Of a DNA stretch of 64,000 nucleotides, positions 50,446 through 59,052 are shown one piece after another; positions within the stretch are counted from its first letter, which is position 1, and each line of letters opens with the position of its first letter. The notes under the pieces were generated by a model. It saw nothing but the letters and a program-made list of their open reading frames with translations. It ran no database searches and had not been told where the DNA came from. The DNA lies in the NCBI GenBank assembly GCA_964355175.1, contig CAYHBZ010000002.1, forward strand, positions 204,537 to 268,536. Direction: 5' to 3'. The position numbers were made by a program, and so were the translations under genes. This DNA comes from an uncultured Gammaproteobacteria bacterium. GTDB taxonomy: Bacteria > Patescibacteriota > Patescibacteriia > Magasanikbacterales > GWA2-37-8.

Positions 50446-50622
50446 AAATAAGGGTTATTTGGCTAATATTAGCCAAAGTTAATATTTTTTGATTTTTAAA
50501 ACAGCCTTGCGGCTGATTTATGTTCTTATAATATCATAAATATGGTAAAAGTCAATAGCGGGTATGCACAGGGTATTTTGGCTAATATGAGGGATTTATT
50601 GGAATTTATCGCTGTAAACCTC

Positions 50623-50651
50623 TTGACAAGAATGCCTAAAAGTAGTATAAT
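50623..50651 (+). promoter_or_regulatory. Consensus sigma70 promoter upstream of the GC-rich array
   Basis: TTGACA(50623)-17 nt-TATAAT(50646). Confidence 0.85.
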
Positions 50652-50748
50652 TATCTGTTATTTAAAAATAACACAAATACCCAAGTCGTGCCTACTGTTA
50701 CTTTTTTAGAGAGAAGTAAACAATTGGTCTGGTGTATTGTTGTATATA

Positions 50749-50777
50749 AACTCTCTCTAATCGGAGAGTTTTTTTAT
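50749..50777 (+). terminator. Terminator-like hairpin in the array leader
   Basis: AACTCTC-loop-GAGAGTT followed by a U-tract. Confidence 0.6.
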
Positions 50778-50943
50778 TCTGTTCTTTACAAAAGATATTG
50801 AGTCGATACTAAACAAAGAAGAATCTTTGCTTGGTATCGGCTCGGTGTCCAAGATCAACGCCGGGCCACAGGTGTGGCAATCTAAAGTCGCAAAACGCGA
50901 CAGGTTTCGACCCCACCTAGTGGGTCTTGTGTTGGAGTACATC

Positions 50944-51279
50944 ATGAACTGTGCTATCCTGATTTCCCTCGTCGCCTTGTTCTGTATCGTGATCATCATC
51001 CGCGCCAAGGAATTTTCATGGCATGCATACGGCCTGGTGCTCGCCGTTGAGTTCGTCGCGGAAATCTTTCGCGAGAACAACAAGATCGGGGACACCGCCG
51101 AGAACGCCATGTTCTGGGCGGCCATGTTCGGTCTCCTCGTCCCGCTTTTCTTGGCGGTGTGGTTTCGTACTGGCAAGAAGGCCGGTCTCACTCCTCGCGA
51201 GCGTGGCCTGGCACTGGCGGCTAATGCTGCCTTGGCAGATAAGGATGCCAGCGTCCATTCCGACAGCAGGCGTCTCTAG
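50944..51279 (+). CDS. Array ORF1: GC-rich 3-TM membrane protein (paralog A)
   Basis: GGAG SD at 50934; FC.II..R.(K/R)EFSW motif shared with ORF2. Confidence 0.7.
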   Translation: MNCAILISLVALFCIVIIIRAKEFSWHAYGLVLAVEFVAEIFRENNKIGDTAENAMFWAAMFGLLVPLFLAVWFRTGKKAGLTPRERGLALAANAALADKDASVHSDSRRL

Positions 51280-51280
51280 T

Positions 51281-51368
51281 AGGTTTAGGACTTTGCCTGC
51301 GCAAAGCGCACAGATTATCAAAGGTTGAGCTAGAAAAAGTAGCTCCTGATGATATCTGAAAAAGTCTA
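51281..51368 (+). ncRNA. Pseudoknot motif, copy 1
   Basis: AGG/CCT stem; loop GGACTTT complementary to AAAGTCT at 51361. Confidence 0.6.
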
Positions 51369-51478
51369 TCCCCAAGTGTCTGAAGGGCGAAAGTCGCCCA
51401 ACATTACGATGACAGTCGTAATGATTATCAACACGAAGTGAGGGATAAAAAATCCGAAGCGCTGTCACGCTTCGGAAC

Positions 51479-51528
51479 CCTGTCTGCGAATTTTGTTCGC
51501 ACTGATGAGTCCTTTAGGACGAAACAGG
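51479..51528 (+). ncRNA. Hammerhead ribozyme type III (HH1)
   Basis: CCTGTC^TGCGAA-TTTTG-TTCGCA-CTGATGA-GTCC-TTTA-GGAC-GAA-ACAGG; predicted cut after C51484. Confidence 0.93.
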
Positions 51529-51576
51529 AAAGATCTTTCACAAACGGCGCGTGCGCCTTATAGGATGGATGCTGTC

Positions 51577-51894
51577 ATGGTCATGCATGGTTTTTTCGTT
51601 GAGTACGGGTTCCTCGTGCTCGTCTTCATGGCGGTCTTCTGTGGGATCATCACTTACCGTGGCCGCGAGTTTTCGTGGCCGGCGTTTCTGGTGCTTCTTG
51701 CGGTGGACTTCGTGGTCAGCTTTTTTCAGAATCGAGAAGAGGCCAACCTCATTTTCGCCTGGGATTTTCTGGCCAACTGGACGGTTGTGATCGGGATCAT
51801 GGTCCAGATCGGCATGGGACTTTGGTTCAATACACATCCTCCTCGTTGCCCGAAATGTGGGTATAGCCTCCATTTGAGGCCCCCACCATCGTAG
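51577..51894 (+). CDS. Array ORF2: GC-rich 3-TM membrane protein with CxxC tail (paralog B)
   Basis: REFSW motif, RCPKCGY tail; start could be 51565, 51577 or 51583. Confidence 0.68.
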   Translation: MVMHGFFVEYGFLVLVFMAVFCGIITYRGREFSWPAFLVLLAVDFVVSFFQNREEANLIFAWDFLANWTVVIGIMVQIGMGLWFNTHPPRCPKCGYSLHLRPPPS

Positions 51895-51988
51895 GTTTTG
51901 GACTTTTCCTTCTCGAGTAAAATCGAGAACAGTATTGCAGACAGTTGAGACGATTAAATTCGCTCCTGTCGGGATCTGAAAAAGTCCA
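51893..51988 (+). ncRNA. Pseudoknot motif, copy 2
   Basis: AGG/CCT stem; TGGACTTTT (51899) complementary to AAAAGTCCA (51980). Confidence 0.65.
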
Positions 51989-52025
51989 CAATCCCTTAGT
52001 TTCCAAAATTTGGAAATTGAGAGAT

Positions 52026-52065
52026 GAAAATCACTCTGTGGTTTTCATTAAATGGTTCTTTACAA
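52026..52065 (+). promoter_or_regulatory. boxB-like hairpin plus boxA-like motif
   Basis: GAAAATCAC-TCT-GTGGTTTTC...GTTCTTTACAA; repeated at 54387-54426. Confidence 0.5.
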
Positions 52066-52290
52066 TTTATATCTACGCTAAAAAATAAATGGCCTCCGCT
52101 ATCTATATCTTTTTGTTTCAAGAAAATATAGACAGCGGAGGTCAAAGAGACAGCCGTGGTGAAGGTTGGGGCCGACGGGCCTCCATCCTCCTTATTAAGG
52201 GGAAAACAGGATGGGGGTCGCAAGTTGCGTCCCCAACTAAGTTCATCGCGGCGTTGACGGACGCCAAATTTCCAAGTTCCGGAGGATGCC

Positions 52291-54219
52291 ATGTTCAAGA
52301 ATTTCTTCAATCTCACGCTCTACACCAACACCTCCACCAAGGGTCCGATCGTCGAAAACTTCTTCCGGCGGATCGTCATCGCGATCTGCTGTCAGGGGAC
52401 CTTCGACTGGATCATGTGGTACTTCGCCTTGGTGTTCGCCATGCACAACAGCGTGCTGGCGGCCATCTTGGCGACGGTGATCGTGCTGGGCGTGGTCCAG
52501 CTCGACATCGCGATCGTGACCGCCGACGACAAGGATGTCAACGTGAAGCGGCGTTGGGCCAGCCTGGCCTGGCGTTTCCTCTTCACGTTCCTGGTCGCGG
52601 GCATCACGTCGGTGCCGCTCGAGCTGAACTGGTTTCAGAGTGAGATCACGCACAGGCTCGACGCCAAACAGAAGAAGGAGATCGACCAGATCCGGACGTC
52701 CGCCATGGTCCAGGAGAAGGCGCGCATCGACAAGGAGATCGAAGACGTCACCGCCCAACTGGCACACGAAGCGTCCTCGACGCAGGGCGCCGCGGTGGCT
52801 GACCTGCAGAAGTACGAAGGTGATCGGGCGGCGATACTGGCGCAGATGGTGACGAAGGAGAGCGACGAAGAGGCGGCGTTCCTGAAGCGAATCGATGATA
52901 AGGAGAAAGACGCGTACGAGGAGTCGGCTGGTAAGGGAGCGAGTGGCCAGAGGGGCTGCAAGGACTCATGCAGGCTGAAGCTCGGGCAGGCGAAACAATG
53001 GCGTGAGGATCTCGCCAACAAGAAGATCGCTCACTCCCAGGCGGTCATCGACTTCAACAAGGAAACCCAAGACCACCTCGTTTCGCTGCGCGCGAAGCGG
53101 GACACGACCACTGGCTCCAGCCTCAAAGACATGAAAGAGCAGTTGGGGGGGCTCCGCAAGGAGCGCAAGGACAAGGTCGAAGAACTCCGCAAGATGGACC
53201 CCGAACGGGTTGCCGACCTCTATGGCGGCAAATTCCAGAAGGAATTCGGCTTCCAAGACAGGTACGATACTCTCGAACAGATGCGTTTGGAAAGCTCGGC
53301 CGTCAACTGGGCAATCTGGGCATGCCGCGTCATTGCGGCCATCATGGGGTTTCTCGTGCTTGGTATGGCGCTCTCGGCGCCTACGGAAGTGAAGGAGTAC
53401 TTCTCAGTGGCAGCACAGGCGGAGGCTGGCGATCCGTACGCCAAGAAGGTCATGGGCATCATGGGCTACGAGAATTTCAAGGACGCCGCCCTGACTCCGA
53501 AGGCCCGCAAGGCTCTCGTGGAACTGTTCATGGTTCGTCAAGAACTGTGGGCCGTCGTGATGGAGCTGGAACAGCAACTGGTCAGCGTCGTCGTCCCCGA
53601 CGAACGCACCGGACTGTATCTGAGCAAGCTCCGGATCGAAGGTATGATCCATGCCATGTGGGTGCAGAAAGGCGCCGACGCGATGAAAAAGCTCGGCAAG
53701 GCTGAAGAAGAGGTGCGGCGTGCCGGTCAGAAGGTCCCGTCGTGGCCGACGGACAAGCTGGGTCAGGACCCGCGCCTGACCGACCCGTGGAAGATCGACG
53801 AACGGCGACTGGCCAGCTTCGGCTGGGAGTCTCCCGAGGAGATCATCACCGCGGGCAAGCTGGGTCTCAAGAATATCACTGGCCATCGCCTCATGCTGCG
53901 TCAGCGGCTCGAGGAGATGGAGGCGACCCTCCAGGAGAAGATCAGTGGCAACTCCACGGTCAGCTTCGAAGAGATCCGTCGCCATCAGAACCAGGGATAT
54001 CGCGAGAAGATCCTGCCGACGTTGAACGACATCCGGTCCAGCGAGGACGCCGTCCTCAAGGCGCACTTCGAGGTGCCCACCTGGCCGGATGACTTCGCCG
54101 ATCCGCGCGGTGGACTCTACCAGCGGCTCTGCCTGCTCTCGGAAGACGAGCTGCGTCAGCGCTATGACTGGAAGGGGATCGCCATGCCGGGACTGACCAC
54201 CCCGACCGCTACAGCGTAG
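52291..54219 (+). CDS. Array ORF3: GC-rich DUF4407-like membrane/coiled-coil protein
   Basis: GGAGG SD; TM helices, SVPLEL..FQSEI, E..G.G.SG..GC, long coiled coil. Confidence 0.8.
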   Translation: MFKNFFNLTLYTNTSTKGPIVENFFRRIVIAICCQGTFDWIMWYFALVFAMHNSVLAAILATVIVLGVVQLDIAIVTADDKDVNVKRRWASLAWRFLFTFLVAGITSVPLELNWFQSEITHRLDAKQKKEIDQIRTSAMVQEKARIDKEIEDVTAQLAHEASSTQGAAVADLQKYEGDRAAILAQMVTKESDEEAAFLKRIDDKEKDAYEESAGKGASGQRGCKDSCRLKLGQAKQWREDLANKKIAHSQAVIDFNKETQDHLVSLRAKRDTTTGSSLKDMKEQLGGLRKERKDKVEELRKMDPERVADLYGGKFQKEFGFQDRYDTLEQMRLESSAVNWAIWACRVIAAIMGFLVLGMALSAPTEVKEYFSVAAQAEAGDPYAKKVMGIMGYENFKDAALTPKARKALVELFMVRQELWAVVMELEQQLVSVVVPDERTGLYLSKLRIEGMIHAMWVQKGADAMKKLGKAEEEVRRAGQKVPSWPTDKLGQDPRLTDPWKIDERRLASFGWESPEEIITAGKLGLKNITGHRLMLRQRLEEMEATLQEKISGNSTVSFEEIRRHQNQGYREKILPTLNDIRSSEDAVLKAHFEVPTWPDDFADPRGGLYQRLCLLSEDELRQRYDWKGIAMPGLTTPTATA

Positions 54220-54291
54220 ATAGAGTGGAATCGCTCAAGTGCACAATGTCGCAGACAATTTCGCGACACGGTGACGAAGAGCAATTCTCAA

Positions 54292-54349
54292 AGGGTTAGG
54301 ACGCCCTGGTCCGAGCAGTGTCGAAAGATACTGCTCGGACCAAAGTCCT
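54292..54349 (+). ncRNA. Pseudoknot motif, copy 3 (compact)
   Basis: AGGG/CCCT stem; loop AGGAC complementary to GTCCT after a GAAA-capped hairpin. Confidence 0.55.
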
Positions 54350-54590
54350 TCACTTAGTAGCTAAAAATATTTGGATACTGAGTGAAGAAAATCACTTTGT
54401 GGTTTTCTTAAAAAAGTTCTTTACAATTTAGGTTATGGTAAAAATTGATTTTCAAATCTCGTACGCTTTGTGAGCATATTTTTTGTGCTTAAAAAGCGTA
54501 CGAGATCTTTTCCGTAGCGCCAACAATTTCTCAAAGATGCGCCCGAGATGTTATCGGATGTGCTTAGGGAAAATTCCAAAGAGGAACCTG

Positions 54591-55646
54591 ATGCCAAAAT
54601 TTTGGCTTCTCGTCGCTCTCGTCTGCGCCATTGGGTGTGGACGCGAAGAGCGTCGATTCAATCAACCCGATCCCGCTTCGGTCGAACTGCAGAATTCTAT
54701 CGACGAGCGTGCCAAGCTGGCGCGTGAGAACAAGGAATTGCGCAAGAAGCTCGAAGCGGCGCAGCAGGTCAAGAAGCCCGTCGAAGATGATGAGCGCCTC
54801 TGCACTCTGGAGTACGCCAAGGCCAAGGATCCTGGGAAACTCGAAGCCATCACGGCCAAGTGGGCGGCGGCAAAGGCGGAATACGAGAAGCAGCTCGCCG
54901 AGCGGGAGAAGAAGATTTCAGAAGCGGAATCGTTGCCTAGTGACCCGCTTCCGGATTTCCCCTTTTCTCCTCCTTTGAATTGGGACATCAGTGTGCCCAG
55001 TCCGGGCATGAAGGCCATTTATGGAGAGGATAAACTCTGCCATTTGAAGGAGGTGGCGCAAGAACCGTTCCGGTCTTTCGGCGGCACGAACAACCATTGG
55101 AGGATGTTTATCCGCGAGGCCATGGACAACTTCCAGGACAACGACATCGAAGATGATCTAGAGTACGACGACTTTCGGTCATCCGTACGGACCATCGAGA
55201 TGCTGAAGGATCCGGGCGAAGGTCGCCAACTGGCCGATAATCTTCTAAGCGTCTTGGTCAAGAGTCCTACGTCCATGCAGTGGGCGGTTGGCTTGATCTT
55301 GCGCCTGGAAAATCAGGACTTCTTGAAGGTGCGTCTGCGGCGGCTCTACAAGGCCTCCAAGACTGACTTCGCGAAGCTCGACGCTGACATGCTGACCGCG
55401 CTCGGAAAGTACATGAAGGAGCATCCCGAGATCAAGGTGATGCAAAACCCCGGGAGCGATGTTTACGGTCCGGAGTTCGACTTCGGCCCTTTTGCCCAGG
55501 ACGGCAACTACTACAAGGGTCTGCTTTTCCGGTATTGGCGCTACAAGGAAGAAGTCCAGGGACGTGGCAAGGGAGACAAGTTCATTCGTGATCTGCAGAA
55601 GACCATGAAGGAGGTGGCCAAGGGCATGAAAGTCAATTTGCAATGA
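54591..55646 (+). CDS. Array ORF4: GC-rich lipoprotein
   Basis: GAGGA SD; MPKFWLLVALVCAIGC lipobox; coiled coil. Confidence 0.75.
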   Translation: MPKFWLLVALVCAIGCGREERRFNQPDPASVELQNSIDERAKLARENKELRKKLEAAQQVKKPVEDDERLCTLEYAKAKDPGKLEAITAKWAAAKAEYEKQLAEREKKISEAESLPSDPLPDFPFSPPLNWDISVPSPGMKAIYGEDKLCHLKEVAQEPFRSFGGTNNHWRMFIREAMDNFQDNDIEDDLEYDDFRSSVRTIEMLKDPGEGRQLADNLLSVLVKSPTSMQWAVGLILRLENQDFLKVRLRRLYKASKTDFAKLDADMLTALGKYMKEHPEIKVMQNPGSDVYGPEFDFGPFAQDGNYYKGLLFRYWRYKEEVQGRGKGDKFIRDLQKTMKEVAKGMKVNLQ

Positions 55647-55717
55647 CCGAAGCGACAATCGTCGCGTCGGTCTGCGCCATAACCTCGTGGGGGCCGATGC
55701 GAAAGTGTCGGTCCCCG

Positions 55718-55777
55718 GAGTCTGCCGGTTTTGCCGGCACTGATGAGTCCAGAAATTTATTTTCAAGGACGAAACTC
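55718..55777 (+). ncRNA. Hammerhead ribozyme type III (HH2)
   Basis: GAGTC^TGCCGG-TTTTG-CCGGCA-CTGATGA-GTCC...GGAC-GAA-ACTC; predicted cut after C55722. Confidence 0.93.
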
Positions 55778-55970
55778 AAGTATAATAAATTGTTCTTTAC
55801 AATGTAGGTTGTGTAAAATAAATTTCTTGAAAAAGAAATGCGAGTACAATGTTTATTTTTACAAGTAAATAATGCACTCGTATTTCCAAAAGATGTTGTC
55901 TAGTTGGCCACGATGGTCAGCTGTGCAAGCATCGCGAGATCCCTCACCAATCGGGTGAGAGGAGGGTGCC

Positions 55971-56558
55971 ATGGTTCGTGGTTTCTGGTTTCTGGTGGTT
56001 CTGGCGGTGCTGATGGCGAGCTGCAACGGCAAGGGCGAGCGCGAGAAGCGGGATCAGAAGACCCACGAGGAGCTGATGAAGGGGCTCGATGGCGAGAACG
56101 AAGCCTGGAAGAAGCTCCCTGCTGAACCGCTCAAGCCTGTGGTGAACGAGGGCTTGCTCTTGCGGCACTCGCGCCCCCAGCCGCGTCCGTGGGTGGATCT
56201 GCCAGGTATGGCGACGCCTGTGGAGCTCGCAAAAGCGGCGACGTTGCACGACGGGGAACCCCGGGATCTGCTGGAGACGGTCCACAAATCCGTCCATCCG
56301 TCAGAATTCCTGGAAGGCGACCCGTCCCCGTACCTGGAGTTCAATGTCAGTGATCGGGTGGGTCGTAGCCAATACAGCCTGAAGCGTATCAAGGTGCTTG
56401 AGCGGAGTTGCCGCGCTGAAACCGTGGAGAGCCTCGAGATGTGCTTGTCGGAGCAGATCAGCATCCTCCTCATGCATGTCGAGGCTCTCGAGAAAGAGAA
56501 CGAGCGTCGGCACAAGGCGACGGCGAAGCTCAGGAATGCGATCAAGAAAAAGCGTTGA
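55971..56558 (+). CDS. Array ORF5: GC-rich lipoprotein
   Basis: GAGGAGG SD; MVRGFWFLVVLAVLMASC lipobox. Confidence 0.75.
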   Translation: MVRGFWFLVVLAVLMASCNGKGEREKRDQKTHEELMKGLDGENEAWKKLPAEPLKPVVNEGLLLRHSRPQPRPWVDLPGMATPVELAKAATLHDGEPRDLLETVHKSVHPSEFLEGDPSPYLEFNVSDRVGRSQYSLKRIKVLERSCRAETVESLEMCLSEQISILLMHVEALEKENERRHKATAKLRNAIKKKR

Positions 56559-56640
56559 GCCGTGCGACGAAATTCGTCGCGAAGTTCACCTACAACCTCA
56601 ACGGGATCAGGCGCGCGAAGTACGCGTGTCTGGTCCCAAG

Positions 56641-56699
56641 GAGTCTGCCGGTTTTGCCGGCACTGATGAGTCCAAAGAATTTTGTCTAGGACGAAACTC
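56641..56699 (+). ncRNA. Hammerhead ribozyme type III (HH3)
   Basis: Same core as HH2, differing in the stem II extension; predicted cut after C56645. Confidence 0.93.
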
Positions 56700-56765
56700 A
56701 AAAATAAAATCCTTTAGTCTCTGTTCGGAGATTGAGGGATGAAAATCACGCAAGTGGTTTTTGTC

Positions 56766-56810
56766 AAAACAAAAAAACCACCGATTCTCTAAACGGCGGT
56801 TTTTTGTTTT
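56766..56810. terminator. Bidirectional terminator between the array and gyrB
   Basis: AAAACAAAAAAACCACCG...CGGCGGTTTTTTGTTTT. Confidence 0.75.
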
Positions 56811-56816
56811 TATTTT

Positions 56817-58904
<2,088 letters not shown>

Positions 58905-59052
58905 TTATTTGAAAATTCAAACTTATGAGGCTGATAACTGAAGAATATTTTATCATAGATACTCACAGACGACAAGGTTTGGAAAAAGGGCAAAAATGGG
59001 GTATAATATGTAGTGTCCTAGATTTCCGCGTTCGCGGAAAAGACAATGTGGT

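Noticed and set aside
51281-54349. Pseudoknot motif as an HDV-like or pistol ribozyme
   Set aside because: No P3/P1.1 nested arrangement of HDV and no pistol conserved linker or cleavage-site context could be identified by eye.
50781-55802. CRISPR array from the repeated GTTCTTTACAA and GAAAATCAC motifs
   Set aside because: Repeats are short and kilobases apart, separated by genes, and there are no cas genes.
52055-55820. TTTACA in the repeats as -35 promoter boxes
   Set aside because: The best -10-like hexamers lie only about 12-13 nt downstream, and conservation extends 5' (GTTC), fitting boxA better. Not fully excluded.
7995-56558. GC-rich ORFs as contamination or misassembly
   Set aside because: There are many independent short islands, each joined to native-style promoters, terminators and genome-specific palindromes. 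Chimerism is unlikely, though only read mapping can exclude it.
50757-56742. Long antisense or alternate-frame ORFs over the GC-rich genes (e.g. 53404-54066, 56054-56701, 52089-52643)
   Set aside because: Expected shadow ORFs of GC-rich sequence with few stops; no SD or signal features, and some run through RNA elements.
50623-56761. Integron cassette array or prophage
   Set aside because: No integrase or phage genes; the spacers lack evident attC RYYYAAC/GTTRRRY ends and instead carry ribozyme cores and G-U-rich RNA stems.
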